Source: Eledone cirrhosa (taxonomy: Eukaryota). From it: 64,000 nt of DNA. Positions within the stretch are counted from its first letter, which is position 1, and each line of letters begins with the position of its first letter. The notes under the pieces were generated by a model, which made no database searches, was not told the origin of the DNA, and saw only the letters and a program-made list of their open reading frames with translations. The position numbers and the translations under genes were made by a program. Positions 14,345-28,930 of this stretch are shown here, piece by piece. The stretch is taken from contig OZ024743.1 in NCBI GenBank assembly GCA_964016885.1, positions 37,448,001-37,512,000 of the forward strand. Direction: 5' to 3'.

Positions 14345-14483
14345 ATCATTTTACGATCGTTTCTAGGATATATATGTGTTAGAGTTGGTATGCATATTCT
14401 ATAGATCTATGTACAATATTTATACAAACTATCAGAGGGAATATACATACCTACACATATATATGCTGTCTTCAGAAATAATA
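14345..14483 (-). ncRNA. Hammerhead ribozyme motif with very long stem II
   Basis: Minus strand: attattt CTGAAGA cagc atatatatgtgt...acacatatatat ccta GAAA cgatcg TA aaatgat. Confidence 0.55.
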
Positions 14484-15273
14484 ATATTTGTTTATTGAAA
14501 AAACAAAGATTCAATACAATAGGTCTGTTTGGGAACAGGTTTTGAATTGACCAATAGAGAGATAGTGAGGGTTAGGATAGTAATACAGTAGTAGAAGAAC
14601 CTTAAATTATGGGTAGAGGAAGGTAGATTTCAGTTTTGGATGGAAAAGAATATTATGAATGAAGGATTATTTTAGGGAAGAAATAGGTCTTATGCTGACC
14701 TCAGAAATAATTTTATTTTTTCATTGAATAAAACCAACAAAGATCTAATATATTCTGTCTGTTTGGTAAGAGGTTTAGAATTAACCAATAGAAAGTTAAT
14801 AATTGGCCAAATGGTAAAATAGTAGTAATTGAAGCTTATTTTAGGGGTGAAACTAGTTCAGGTGGTCAGTAAAAGGTATACAAGCTGTTATAAAATAGTA
14901 ATGCCAATACAAATATCTAAGGTGACTAAAGTTTTAAGATAAGAATGTTAGTAAAAAAAATATACATCTATGAAAAGAATATAAATTAATTTAATTGATG
15001 GGTATATTTATATTGATAAAGTTATACTAATACATATAGATATGATAAATAAGAGTTAGATGCAGTTGAAAAGTGCTGTTAAAGATGAGGGGAAATTAAA
15101 AGAATATAAAAATAATATATATATATATACTTATACATATATATATATACATATATATACACATACACACATATATATATATACATATATACACTTATAT
15201 ATACATATATATATACATATATATACATACACACACACACATACACACATATATACATATACATATATATACA

Positions 15274-15355
<82 letters not shown>

Positions 15356-15700
15356 GATATATACATGCCCATATACATACATACACATACATATACACAC
15401 ACATATATACTTACATATACATATAATTATTGGGGGGGGGGGATTACATTTATTAGTGAAAAATAGTAAATATATATAGTTTTCAAGGAACATAGAGTCA
15501 TAACCTGAAGTTTAAGCATTATATATGTTTACTTAATGGTATCAGTTTTAGGAAATGATATTTGTAAGAAGGGAAGCAAAATTATGTAGTTCATTAGTAG
15601 TAGAATATTAATTATAGGTTAACTAAATTAAAAATAATTTATAAATTAATTTCTAAAGTGTCTATTAATTAGGTTTATAATATTTAAAGGTTTTTCTCAG

Positions 15701-17438
15701 TTAATGATTACACGATATAATTAATTCCTGTCGCTTATTTAATAGGATATCCTTAGATTTCATTATTTCAAAAAGTTCTTGGGAACATAATCTACATTCG
15801 TTTCTACTATTTTGATAAGGGGTGGCCCTTTTGAGCACACTCCAGGTCAGGTCATATTCTATATTCCTCTTTCTATAACTATTTATTATTTCAGCTAGAG
15901 ATGTTGTATTAGCTAGTGCGGCATTTTTAAAACTATGTTTGTGGGTATTAAATCTTGCCTTAAATTTGTTAGAGGTAGCTCCTATATATGAATAAATTGA
16001 GTCCTTAGTGTTAACTTTACATTTATATACTATGTTATTAACAAGGCAATTTCCTTTTAATGGACAGTTTGCCTTGTTTCTACAGTTACAACTATTCGTG
16101 AATCCTGTATCTGAGGAGATATTATGGTTAGTTTGATGTACTGGTGGTATACTCATGGTTTTTTTACATTTATATGCATTATAGGCACTTATATTTTGCT
16201 TTATGTTTTTGGTTGTTGAATAGGAGAATTTAACCGTTGATCTATTTAAGATTTGATGGTATTTGTGGTTTGGCCGGAAGTTTTTCTCTAGGATATTAAA
16301 GAATTTTTTAGGTATATTATCCTTAATTTGTAAATTAAATGGAGCATTGTACCAAGTAACTCGTCTATTACGGTTTCGATGTTGTTTATTGTTTTGATAG
16401 GATGCATCCTGATGTTTATTAAGAGAATTATTGTTAATGACCTCACCACACACATTTTTAGTTAGATTTATTGATTTAGGTGTTTTAGCTTGTTTATTGT
16501 GAGTTTTATTATTAACATTTATTAGAGTTGTAGGATGAGTAGATTTTTGAGAGTTACTATACTGTATATTAGAAGAGTTAGAGAAATTTGGTTTTATGTT
16601 GGTGTTTTGGGGTATAGTGTGAGTGGCATTTAGGTGTGTATGTTTCATTTGGTGTTTGTTGGTAATATTAGGTTGTATGTTTGTAGTGTTATTGGTAGAA
16701 GGTATATATACTAATCTATTTTTGTGGCCACTTCTAGCTAGAGCTTCGTTATAAAAGGTCGCATTTTTATCAAATACATCTTGGTTAGACGAAAGGTTAG
16801 AAATTCTAAGTGATATATTATATGCAAGGTTTTTAAGGATATATTTAGGGTGATTAGATTGTGAGTGTATGTAGTGTAAATTTTGGTTGGGTTTATGGTA
16901 AGGTTGGTAGATACCCGTAGATAAGTCTAATGTTATATCTAGGAAATTAACTACTTTACTTGTGTTTTCAAATGTAATATCTAGACTATAATAGTCTTTG
17001 AGGAAAGTTCTAATAAGCTTTTTATTTTTTTCTATCTCTGAGAGGCTAAGGTTATTGGAAAGAAGAAGACAGTCGTCACGATATAAACCTCCTTTAAGGT
17101 GGGGAAAAGAAGCATTTATGTTAAAAAGAAGAAAGAGGCCCACAAGATCAGTAATTTGGGCAGAATCGCTTGAGCCCATAGTAATATCGAATAGATTACT
17201 ATATGTGTTTCTGGTCCAGTATTCATTCTGAAATTCCAATAGTGTTAGTCTAGCATGTGTAATAATATTAATGTCATCCAAAGTTAAGTTAGATCTATTT
17301 TTAGCAAATATCAAGGCTTTGTTCAGGAGTATAGGTGATATAGAAGAATAATAATTATCTATATCAAATTGTAGAAATGAAGCAGAGGATTTATTTCTAA
17401 TATTATTAAACCAGTTAATTACCTGGGATGTGTTTTCC
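15701..17438 (-). CDS. PLE RT + GIY-YIG polyprotein, 5'-truncated (Hydra-clade-like)
   Basis: Open frame with QFDIDNYY, MGSSDSAQ, GLYRDD, VNFLDITL, YIHSQSNHP, CNCRNKANCPLKGNC, IVY...YIGAT...KARFNTH and CRLC. ORF 15701-17314 extends upstream without stops to ~17438. Confidence 0.92.
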
Positions 17439-17560
17439 TATTGTACATAGATCTATAGAATATGCATAGCAACTCTAACACATATATATCCTAGAAACGA
17501 TCGTAAAATGATGAATTTTTTTAATATAAGGAACTGGTTCTTTGTTTATTCATTATTTTA

Positions 17561-17630
<70 letters not shown>

Positions 17631-17631
17631 C

Positions 17632-17739
<108 letters not shown>

Positions 17740-17811
17740 GTATGTATATATAGTCGCATATATGTTATAGAATGCCGTTAGCTTCTTGCTAAAACAATCT
17801 CTATACCTCTC

Positions 17812-17845
<34 letters not shown>

Positions 17846-18544
17846 TTATTGTATGCAGCGAATACGACACCATTGCGTAATAATCTACACCAATTAGTCC
17901 CATTCCGTGACTAACAGATACATTTATTTCAAAACGCTCTCCAGCCTCACAAACCGAAATCTTTGCAACCATCGATAGACCCATACAAATCTAACCTGAA
18001 CTATTTGAAACTTATTTATAGTTGTATAAATAATATTACAAATGCGTAAATAACATTATAATTGGTCGAAATTCCTTCAGAAGAACATTACAAATAAAAT
18101 GTCGTCGATAAACACAAATATAAACGCATAAAAGAGAGATTTTAAAAAACATTAAAAAAGGCAGAGAACATAACTTTTCTTTACAAAAATAAATTAATAC
18201 GAAATCCAAATCCTATAGAAAATGTGAAACATATTAACGCAAGGAATATATAAAAGCGAGGAAACTCGAATCTTATTCACTTAACCAACAATGCAAAGTA
18301 TCAAAGTTAAAATTATTGAAGTTCCCCTACCTAAATTATTAAACAATATATGCTTAAATATAAAAATACTAACTAAATATATCCTGCAATAATTCAAATG
18401 ACTAAATAAATTATTAGATATACCTGTATAAACAATACCATTTATCCTAGAATTTTAAGCTAAACAAATACAAAGAATCTAGGTAAATTAAAATAAGAAA
18501 TGCATACGAAACAAAACATTATTTAATCGAATCAAACGTTAAGC

Positions 18545-21500
18545 AATCATTCCATTACGGAACCCATGTTGGGTGGAGCTCAGCAGATTGTTGCTTTCAA
18601 GAGAATGACTTATTCGTGATTTCACCACCCTCTCAAATACTTTAATGATATGAGAGGTGAGTGAGATCTGACGGTAATTCATGGCAAGGGATTTGTTTCC
18701 CTTTTTGAAAACTAGGACAACACACCGGGATAGTACATTTTTGGTATATATCCAGCATCCAGTGAGTTCCTCCACAGGTTAGTAAGAGGAGCGACAGGGA
18801 ATCTATCGGGGCCTACTGCTGAATTGTGTTTAGTTTCTTTTATTACCGCTAAGACATCGGGGGCGCCAGACGTTATGTCCGATATAGTATATTGGTGTTT
18901 AACATCACTAATACAGCCCAGATCAGCCATATCAGGATTGCTGAAGTATGGTCTCTGGAGTATGTCACCCATGGTTTTGGCATTATCTTGGAGAGTGCCA
19001 TTTTCATCAATTAGAGGACCAACAGAGGAACCAGTAACATTGTTTTTTCGCAAATGAAATGAACATTTTGGAATTGAGTTTGATTTTTCTCAATGGCCCA
19101 GGCCTCTTCAGCTGCTCTTTGATTATTGATGATGGACATCATGCTGTTCTGGAGGTTGTGCTTTTTCGATACTAGTGATTTAATGGCAGTCAAATGGGTG
19201 TGTTGCTGCTGGCAGTATTTCAGTTTATTGACTTTCTTTTTATTAATTCTTTTAATTTTTCTGATAAGTTTTCTTCTATTTCTAGGGATTCTGCACTTAG
19301 ATGTGTTTACAGATCTTACTGGGGTATGTTTTGCACATATCTTTGTTACAGTGCCTACAAATGTGTGCCAGGATTTTTTGATGTTAGTGGGTGTGTATGC
19401 GTGAAAGACCAATCGACATATGCAAGATCGTGATTGATTACTTCCCATTTGCATGAGGATGATCCATGGTGTCAAATGGATGAACTGGAGATGTCAATGG
19501 GTTTGCCTTTTTGATAGCGGAATCTCAGATCACAGAGAACCATTTCATGGTCTGAGTGTAGATTTTTTCCACTGCATAGTGTCAGTGTGGTTACTGAACA
19601 TTAGGCCCAAGACGTTTTTGTGGCACCTTGTTGGTTCGAGCTCAAGTTGGGACAGTAAAAACTCATCCATGAAGTCAAGAAGCGATTCTACTGCCTCATT
19701 GTCAGGGCTTCAGGTGGAAAAACCTGGTATCACGCTGTTTGTGAACCACTCAACACAGAGGAGGCTGAAGAACCCCCTCATTAAGATGTTGTCAAGGTGA
19801 AACTGTTGGATGAAACCCTTTATGCTGTTGAGGCATGATAGAGGAGTTTGGGGGACCTATAGAGCCCAACTACTATTAAGTTGTTGGTTTTACTGTACAC
19901 AGTGACTGTTTCACAGTATACATCGGAAAATACGTTCTTAGCCTCTGTCAAAAAAGAACCATGTACACAAATGGCAGTCCCAACTTTCTTCTGTCAGAGC
20001 CATCTGCAATTCTTCACTTTCGCCTCGGCGTCCAAGTGGAGGTGATTAAGATGGATTTCGGTGAGAACGGAGAAAGAGATGTAGTTAGGATGGTCATCAA
20101 CCCAATCCTCAAGAAATTTAATCTTCCATTTTTTAGTATTGGTGGAAAGGCTGATGCATTGAGCATTAAGCAAAAATGTTGAGGCTAGAGAGGCGGTTGA
20201 TTTTGATTGTTTGGGGGATTTGTTTGTTAATGGCAGCAATGGGAGTTTGTGCAGTGGGGTGGTAGTGGAGGATGGTATTGGGTTATGGCTAAAATGTTTT
20301 TTTGTAGTTCTTTTGCAAGATTCATTATAGCTAAAGAAGAGGTTTCCTGTTTAGGGAACTGTAAGTGACTGTAGTTGTGGGTATTGAATTGGTCAGGATT
20401 TTTATTTGCAGACATAATCTGTCTCGCTGGGAATAGCGGCAGACTTTGGGTTTCCGTGTTTTAGCATTCGGTGAAGTTATTGTTGGTTGTGGTGGTGATA
20501 TTTTTAAATATGTGCTTTGGTGTCGGTTGTTGTTGTATGTAGAGATTGGGCGTTTTGTCCCGGGTAAATGAGTGAATTTGCAGTCTCTGACAGTTCATAA
20601 CCTATCACGTAAAGAATAGCGGCAACTGATGGGGTTTCGAGGGGGTAAGTGTGTGTTGTGAGAGGTATAGATGATAATTTGTGTAGGTTTGGGTGTCTTT
20701 TGTGAGCTGGGAGAGGTAAATTCCTTGAGATAGTAATAGGCAAAAATGTTGTTTTGGGGTTGATAGTTGTAGTAGGGAGAGATGTTGACAGTGATGATGA
20801 TGATGAGTTATTGCTTGTTTGAAATATTGGGCAATTAGAGGAAGTGATTTTTCGTTTTCTTGCTGTGAGCAGCTGGGATCTATGAGTTTGATGGTTTAAT
20901 TTAGTAGGTCATCCATTGTGGTTGAATTGAGGAGTGATCGATGCTCTAGTTTTTGAAGATACTTGTTGTTGCTGAATTTGATGTTGTTGTTGTGGTGGTG
21001 TTGGGTGTTGCTGAACAGTGTTTTAGCTTGTTTTGAATCTGCTGTTCGGATCGGGTTTTTAAAAGATGAACTGCCGCAATTTCGTTCGAGAGGAAGCTCT
21101 TGTGTTTTCCGTTTGGGTACGGAAGTACCATGCGTTTATTAGAAGGTCTATTTCATTCTCAGACCAGTTTTGTTTGGAATTTTGTTGAGTAGCCATTCTG
21201 GTGTTACTTTATTTTATATTATTTCTTGTTTATTCTTTGTGGGTTTGTGAGTGTGTGAGTTCCCTGACTCCTTGAGGATAATCAGAGAGAGAAGTATGTA
21301 GAATAGTTTGTATAGGAATGTATGTTTCAATACTGAGAAATTTGTGTTGGTATTAGAAATATGTACTTGCAGACACATGGATATAAACCATGTAGTTACA
21401 TATAAGGTTTTCCAGATCAGGTGAATATGTGTTGGAGCAGAACGTGTGGCTTTAGTGAAAGATTTGTTGTTATAGAAAATAGCAATAGTAAAGTATTTTT

Positions 21501-21662
21501 TAAAAAGTATTTTTTGAAAAGATTTGTGGGTAAAACGTGCTGTGCTGTTGATATGGATAGTTTGTTTTATGAGTTGGCTGGGTGACTTGTTGGTGACTTT
21601 GGGGTCAATAAGGTTGTGTAGTAAGCTACTGACTTTAATAGAGGCTAAAAAACACGTCCATA
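18545..21662 (-). pseudogene. CR1-like LINE, 5' part (ORF1 remnant, APE, RT N-terminus), 3'-truncated
   Basis: 5' end ggacgtgtttt. APE-like LLNAQC...LTEIHL. RT AVGPDRFP and NYRQISLTSHIIKVFERVV...QHGFRNG. Multiple frameshifts. Confidence 0.85.
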
Positions 21663-21699
21663 TACTTCAAATTTTTGCTGCATATATATATATATACAG

Positions 21700-21914
21700 A
21701 AGTATCCACAGTAAGTTGTGGGGTATATTCTGCATGAAGAACTCGATGTAATCCATATGTTGAAAATGTTGTAGGTTGAGATAAATCTCGGAAAACAATA
21801 AAACATTAAAAGGAAAACAGAGTCATGATATAAGTTAAAACAATGAAATAAAAATCAAGTCATTAGAGATGTGAAGTATATCTCTAATGACTTGATTTTT
21901 ATTTCATTGTTTTA
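21700..21914. repeat. pLTR-tail fragment ending in a 35-bp perfect hairpin
   Basis: 21836-21870 is the reverse complement of 21880-21914. The sequence resembles the tail at 14160-14340. Confidence 0.65.
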
Positions 21915-21963
21915 GCATATATATATATATATATATATAAACGTGACTTCATCGTTTTTCTTA

Positions 21964-22005
<42 letters not shown>

Positions 22006-22091
22006 ATGTATATGTATGTGTACACACACACAAACACATATATATCTGTGTGCCTGCCTGTCTGTGTGTATGTAAACACATATACAAACAT

Positions 22092-22156
<65 letters not shown>

Positions 22157-22158
<2 letters not shown>

Positions 22159-22349
22159 ATGAATTGGCAGTATCGGTAGAGGGTTGGACGCCATGCTTTG
22201 ATGCATAGAGTTACAGCCCTTGCCATTCTGAGTTCAAATCCCGCCTAGGTTAACTTTGCCTTTCATCCTTACGGGGTCGATAAAATAAAGTATCAGTAAT
22301 GCACTGCCATAATTTCTGGCCTTGTGCCAAAAGTAGAAACAATTATTAC
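22157..22349 (+). mobile_element. tRNA-derived SINE, near full length
   Basis: A box tggcagtatcgg, B box gagttcaaatcc, Meta-like core and tail. Confidence 0.9.
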
Positions 22350-23267
22350 TATATATATAAAATGCAGCTACAAAGATTTTAGACAAAATAAATTTAAAAG
22401 AATGATATTCAGTAGAGGACAAATATATATAATGAATACGAATTCACAACCTTCATTTTGACACATATAAAACAAATTTACTGACAAAGAAAATAGGCAG
22501 TCAACTGAAACATATATTGTCTCCCTTTCTCTCCAATATTATTCACTCTTTTTTTTTGCATTGTTTTCTTTTGTATACCTTCTGGCACTGTCAGCTGCAA
22601 GTGTCGAATTGGTATTAATATACAAGAAAATATAATTATACATGATTGTTTATGTGTCGGTGTATATGTATAAGTATGTGTATCTCTATATATCTATGTA
22701 TATATTGTATATATGTATAAATGTATATGCATGTATGTGTACGTATGTGTGTAGGTAAATATGCATGTATTTATATACGTGTATGTTTGTATATATATAT
22801 ATAAATATATAGATGTAGATATATATAAATATATATGAAGATATAAAAACGTATGTATGTATTTGTAAGTATGCATGCATATGTATTTAATATAGGTATC
22901 TATAGATCCATATATATATATACGTAGAAGTTCTATTTAAATTGTTGGAATACAAGCAAATATTTTTATAACTGATATAAAGCACTCAACAACTTTTTTC
23001 TTATTTTCTTCTTAGAGGTTTGCTCTTTTTTCTCTTTTTTCTCTTTTTTATATCTCTCTCTTTTTCTCTCTCTTGTTTTTCTCTCTCTCTCTTTCTCCGT
23101 AACCCAACGGCTTATTTAAATCTATTCTGATTTAAAAATATCCAATACTAATTTACATAATAGTATAAATAAATTTATAACCCCACTATCCGGGAGCTTC
23201 CAACAGTAATGGTCGCATTCTTTAAGGGTATGTCAATATTTATTTATAAAACTGCTCTATATTATAT

Positions 23268-23326
23268 TTAATCTGATGAAATCACACCATAATTTAACTT
23301 GGTGTCCTTGAAATATGTATAATGAA
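23268..23326 (+). ncRNA. Hammerhead-like motif
   Basis: CTGATGA aatc acacca taatttaact tggtgt cctt GAAA tatgta TA. Stem I is weak. Confidence 0.45.
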
Positions 23327-23387
23327 ATAAATATGGTTTTATAAATATAGTTTCCATTTGTTAATATATCGTATATATATATATATG

Positions 23388-23445
<58 letters not shown>

Positions 23446-23449
<4 letters not shown>

Positions 23450-23988
23450 AGAATAAACGTGCTGCGGGGTTGCTAATGGGTTACATATGAATAAAGTTAG
23501 TCCTTCATCAGTGATCTTCCAACCATCATTGGTATTTCATCGCTTTAAAGACCATATACCTCCGGTTGGTGCGAGCAACGGCTAAAAAAAGTCGTTGGGA
23601 CACGTAAATAAAGGGGACCCGAGTGTAAACAAACAAAAATGGTGAAGCAACGAAAAGTGAGGAAGAAGGAGTCAGGTCCCAAATTTCTATGAATTTAAAT
23701 TCGGTGAAATCGTGAACGAGAGAGAATAAAGACCATCAAACATGGTTGGAATGTAAGCAAGGAAAGAATTCCGTACAGGTCTAACGGGAGGAAGAAGGGA
23801 TCTAGTCTGTGAATTCAGTGAACGTAAGTTCTGTGAAATCGTAGACGAGAGAGCTCGTGTCCCCTTTATTTACGTGTCCCAACGACTCTTTTTAGCCGTT
23901 GCTCGCACCAACCGGAGGTATATGGTCTTTAAAGCGATGAAATACCAATGATGGTTGGAAGATCACTGATGAAGGACTAACTTTATTC

Positions 23989-23992
<4 letters not shown>
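23446..23992. mobile_element. Family D fold-back copy
   Basis: 23446-23852 is the minus arm. 23860-23992 is an inverted copy of 23485-23616. (TA)n flanks. Confidence 0.8.
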
Positions 23993-24035
<43 letters not shown>

Positions 24036-24040
<5 letters not shown>

Positions 24041-24292
24041 TAATAAAAACAATGAATAAAAACAAGGAACAAGTTCCTTATATTAAAATATTCATCATTA
24101 AACTGATGAATTTTTTAATATAACGAACTTGTTCTTTGTTTTTATTCATTGTTTATATCAAGTTATCTTGACTCTGTTTTCCTGTGATTTTCATCGAAAA
24201 TCTTTGAAAGCATCTTCTCTTTTCATGATATTTGGATTACATTGAGTTCTTCAGACGGATTGGACACTACCGTATATTTTGGTAGATTTATC
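24036..24292. mobile_element. Fold-back pLTR tail of the 14154-17566 family
   Basis: 24044-24097 is inverted at 24104-24154, and the right arm matches the reverse complement of 14154-14347. Confidence 0.8.
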
Positions 24293-24317
24293 TCTCTCTC
24301 TCTCTATATATATATAT

Positions 24318-24505
24318 CGATGCGATTGTCCAGATTTGTGGCTGGCTTACCAGTCGCAATCTTCAATTTGCAAAGCTGTCTAAACCTAATGTTATTACTC
24401 TAAGGTAAAATACCATATTGAGTGCTTAGCTCTACATGCCGATTGCATTCGTTAGCTTAGCTGCAGCCAGAGCTTCGATTATGCTGAACTTCCATTTGTA
24501 TTATT
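24318..24505 (-). mobile_element. Family A PLE 3' fragment
   Basis: Colinear with 44960-45146. Confidence 0.55.
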
Positions 24506-24527
24506 TATATATATATACATATACATA

Positions 24528-24560
<33 letters not shown>

Positions 24561-24577
24561 GTATGTATATATACATA

Positions 24578-24620
<43 letters not shown>

Positions 24621-24630
24621 ATATATATAT

Positions 24631-24840
24631 AAGGTAAGTTATTCCGGGTTGAATCGGGGATAACCACAGTAAGTAAGGTACTCAATACATAGCAGAGTAT
24701 AAAAGTTTTAATATAAATGAGATTCTACAGAACTAGAACTGTTTCATTCTTTAGAAATCATAAGGAATCTCAGAGATTCCTGATGATTTCTAAAGAATGA
24801 AACAGTTCTAGTCCTGTAGAATCTCATCTACATTAAAACT
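24631..24840. mobile_element. Family C mini fold-back with an HHR in each arm
   Basis: 24705-24770 is inverted at 24774-24840, so the two HHR copies sit head to head. Confidence 0.8.
24773..24825 (+). ncRNA. Hammerhead ribozyme motif
   Basis: gagattc CTGATGA tttc taaa gaat GAAA cagttctag TC ctgta gaatctc. Identical core at 51182-51232. Confidence 0.7.
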
Positions 24841-24916
24841 ATATATATATATATATTTATCAGTTATAAACAAATATTTTAAGCGTGTTGAATCCCAACA
24901 AATAAAATATAACCTA

Positions 24917-24977
<61 letters not shown>

Positions 24978-25724
24978 ATATAACCATAGATTAATATGGT
25001 TCATTGATTACTCAATGAATATAGTTTTACAATAGATTAAAAGCACTCTACAAAGAAAGAAGTTTTCTGGAGTTATTAATATTATTCAAAATATTAATAA
25101 ATGAAGACGTTCACATAATCAAAATATGTTCTGTTTTTTTCAGTACGTCCTCATCGGATAAAATATATGAATTGATGTGTGACATACCTGAACTGTCTGG
25201 ATGGTTCAATTCCAGTATTGGCAGTGATTTATTACAACAAATCTCAATATTTATATACCACAAATAATAACATGATAAACTTAAATATGATTAAGAAGAG
25301 GATATATAGGTATAAGGAGGGAGTGAGTATGAGAAAATGTAAGAAGAAATACATAAACACATACGTACATAACTATTTAAATATTTAAATGCGTAAATAT
25401 CTGTGATAAGGAAGAAAAGGAAGTGAGAGAGATAGATAGAAGAGAGGAAAGAAGAAGAGAGAAAAAGAAGAAAAGATAGAAGGAGAGAGAGAAAAAGGAG
25501 AGAGAAGAGGGAAGACGTAACTGCAAAAAGGAAAGAATGAAAGAAGGAAAGAAAGAAGAAAGGGACATGATGCGTGACCGTTGTTTTCAAATATTAAGTC
25601 AAATAGAAGCGACCAATTAAATTCCGTGAAATTTTTAATATCTTTTGTATTTAGTTATGTTTGAGCTAATTATACTAATATATTATATCGAAATTAAATA
25701 ATATAAACATATTTTCTATAATAA

Positions 25725-27469
25725 CACTGTGTAAGATATTTTTGTTCCCCGGTTCTAAGTGTCATTTTCTGGTTTCTTATATTCCATTATTATAAAAAAA
25801 CACTATTATTTAATCAGAAGTTTGGGTTTGTGGTCAGGAGTTTGATATTTCGAAATTTTCATTTCTTTCAAGATAAAACACATTTAATAAAAATATATCA
25901 GTTCATATAATTAAATCAACAGAGTATATATTTATCTTATTACCCAAGCTTATCAAAAGCAAAAAGCAAACAAGTAAAAACAAATAACACTTATAAAGCA
26001 ACTTATACACGTCAGAAATGACTGCATTTCCTGGATTTGCGGTTGTAGTCCAGGTCGCATTCCTGCACTAGCTCCCAGATATATTCCCCCCCCCCCATCA
26101 TTTTTTCATTGTAGTGGCCCTGGTACCTCCGCTCTATCTCTTTCACATCTTGGTGGAATCGTTCGCCTTGTTCTTCTGAGTAGGCGCCCATATTGTCCTT
26201 GAATTTTTTCAGGTGAGGGTCCAGCATAAGCAACATCCTGCATCCCATGGCGCCAAAAGCCTTTATCAGATCCTGCACCAGTTGCTGGTAGTTTTCAGCT
26301 CTGTAGTTGCACAGGAAGCCCTTAACAACTGTCTTGAAACAGTTCCAAGCTGTTCTCTCAATCCTATTGAGCTTATTGGAGAACTCGGTAGACTCAAACA
26401 CCTTCTTTATCTGAGGTCCAACAAAAATTCTACCTTTGATTTTGGCCTCAGATAACTTGGGGTAGAACTCAAGAAGGTACTTAAAAGTGGCTGATTCTTG
26501 GTTGAGAGCCTTCACAAACTGATTTATCAACCCCAACTCAATGTGCAGTAGCGGCATGAGCACAATCCTGGGATCAACCAGTGACTCCCATATGACATTC
26601 CGGGTCCCAACTACAAGTTCTGTTCGCTGCTCCCAGTTCTTTCTTTTGTAGTGGTTAGAGGTGGCTCTGCTGTCCCAAAGGCTGAGGACGCATTGGAATT
26701 TGATAAAGCCTCCATGGAGTCCTAGCAGTAAAGCCACCATCTTGAAGTCTCCAATGATTTCCCAATTGTACTGGTTGTATTGCAGAGCTTCCAAGAGGAC
26801 TTTCACACTGTAGTAATCTTCCTTCAGGCAGACTGAATGAGCTAGGGGCAGTATCGGGAACTTGTTTCCATTGTGGAGGAGGACAGCCTTCAAACTTGTG
26901 ATGGAGCTGTCTATAAATAGCCGCCACTCCTTGGGCACAAACGGCACCCCAATAACGTCAAACAGTCCAGGCACATCATGGCAGAAGCAGAGGCCATCCC
27001 TAAGAGTGTAAAAGCCTGAGAAAGGTTCGTGTCGACTTCTCTGACTTGTCACCTGCACGTCCTCCTTGACCAAGTTCCACTGCTTCATACTGGAGACGAA
27101 TGCTTAAAACATAACTTACCCTTTATTCAGGGTGCGAAAATCCAGTATCAATAAATCTCTTTAATCCACTTTTTAACAATTTTACACTTTATTGCACTTT
27201 TATAATTTTCTTTAGGTATTACTCTTTATTTTATAATTTTAATTTAACCTGAAACATATATAAAAAAATCATTTCACATAAGCAAATTAAACTTACATAC
27301 AACGTAAAATCCAGCATACAAAATAATTCTAGTGAATAGCTTAGAATTTTTACAAACCCCAACTTTTAACTGTTTAATAGCACTTTTTTTTATTTATTTG
27401 GGACCTAAGCAACACAAAAAAGTGATTACAAGCCAGGAACAGAGAAAAAATCTTTTTTGTTACACGGTG
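25725..27469 (-). mobile_element. Chapaev3-type (CMC) DNA transposon, internally deleted
   Basis: Termini CACTGTGTAA...TTACACGGTG with TAA duplicated on both sides. The empty site is visible in the opposite arm at ~30965-30985. Confidence 0.9.
26012..27088 (-). pseudogene. Chapaev3 transposase, C-terminal catalytic part
   Basis: EWRLFIDSS...LKAVLLHNGN, WEIIGDFKMV, LWDSRA, PLLHIELGL, IFVGPQIK, SEEQGERFHQD. The N-terminal domain is missing. Confidence 0.88.
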
Positions 27470-28725
27470 TAATCAGAAGCATAGTTCAATTAATACATTT
27501 CAATATTTTGTTACAATATTCAAAAATCAAAAACATTTTTACCTATCAAGCAAGTTTACAAACATATTAAATATGTATAAGGATAATTACCACAACATAT
27601 TCGAATATCACCATCAGTATATGCATTTTATATAATGCTTAGAATTATTATCTGAATTATTATTTTTACATTATAAACAGTTGTCATTTACTTATAGGAT
27701 TAATAAGTAGTTATATTTACTTTTGAAAGTATTATTATTTCAATTTTAATTCCGTAACTATATCATAATATCATAATATATGTAGTTTCCCTTTACGGGT
27801 TAATATCATGTTAAATATACATTATTAATTCATTTGCATAGAAAGAAAAGTATATACGAAGAATGTAAACAAAGGGATGTAATCCATATGTTATCATTTA
27901 TATTAACTAAGTACTTTGAAAGCCAGAATATATTTCAAACCGCAAATTCAGAAAATTCTAGTGTTACAATGATCATTCTAAAAACCGAACTTAGGATAGT
28001 GAGTCACATCATGAGATTAATTTACTATATAAAAAAAACGATATACAATTTTTAAAGTAAGGCAAAACATTATATATATAATAATAATAATTCAAGAATT
28101 ATTAATAATAATAGTCAATATTTTTTTCCTCTTAGTCAGTATTTTTTCTAAATTTGTATGATGCTTGAAATGTCTTTCCAGATTTATGGAGACAAGTTGC
28201 AAATAATTCATTTTTTTTATTAATTAAATTACCATAATTGGTAATTATTAATAGAGTTTCTAAATTGCAAAGATTGCAATTTGGTGAAATGGAAGCGTTT
28301 CGATAGGAATCAGAATTTCTAAGTTTACACCAAGAAATTGAGTATTTAATATTTTTCTCTTTTAAAGACCATATTAATTGTGATAATGAAATAGAACATT
28401 TTTTATCTGGATTTGAGAAAGAATGTTTATGATTGGAAAAGCGAAACTTAAAGTTCGATGAAGTGGCACCAATGTAGTTATAAGTATTATTATTATTTGT
28501 CTTAATGGTACATTTATATATTAAATTCCTATCAAGGCAATTATTTTGTAAAGAGCATTCAGATTTCCTTCTACAGTTACAGTTCAATTCCGTGTTATTT
28601 CTATAACCTAAAGTATTCGTATTATCATTGTTATTATTTCTAGGTGTTCTACTATTATTCGTATTTAAACTATTGTTATTGTTATTCACATTAACTACTG
28701 TATTATTATCATTATTATTGTTAGA

Positions 28726-28930
28726 GGGCGGTAGATTGGCGGTAGATTGGCAGTATCGGTAGAGAGTCGGACGTCATGCTTTCCAGCATAGTTACGTCCC
28801 TTTACGATCTGAGTTCAAATCCCGCCGAGGTTGACTTAGCCTTTCATCCTTACGAGGTCGATAAAATAAAGTACCAGTAATGCACTGGGTAATTGCTGGC
28901 CTTGTGCCTAAAGTAGAAACAATTATTATT
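28726..28930 (+). mobile_element. Full-length tRNA-derived SINE with TSD
   Basis: A/B boxes and core, flanked by duplicated attattattgttag. Confidence 0.9.

Larger units (their letters stand above)
14154..17566 (-). mobile_element. 5'-truncated PLE with pLTR and inverted pLTR cap
   Basis: Tail/pLTR ~14154-14500, UTR, ORF 15701-17438, then 17440-17566 as an inverted copy of ~14293-14417. (TA)n on both sides. Confidence 0.85.
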
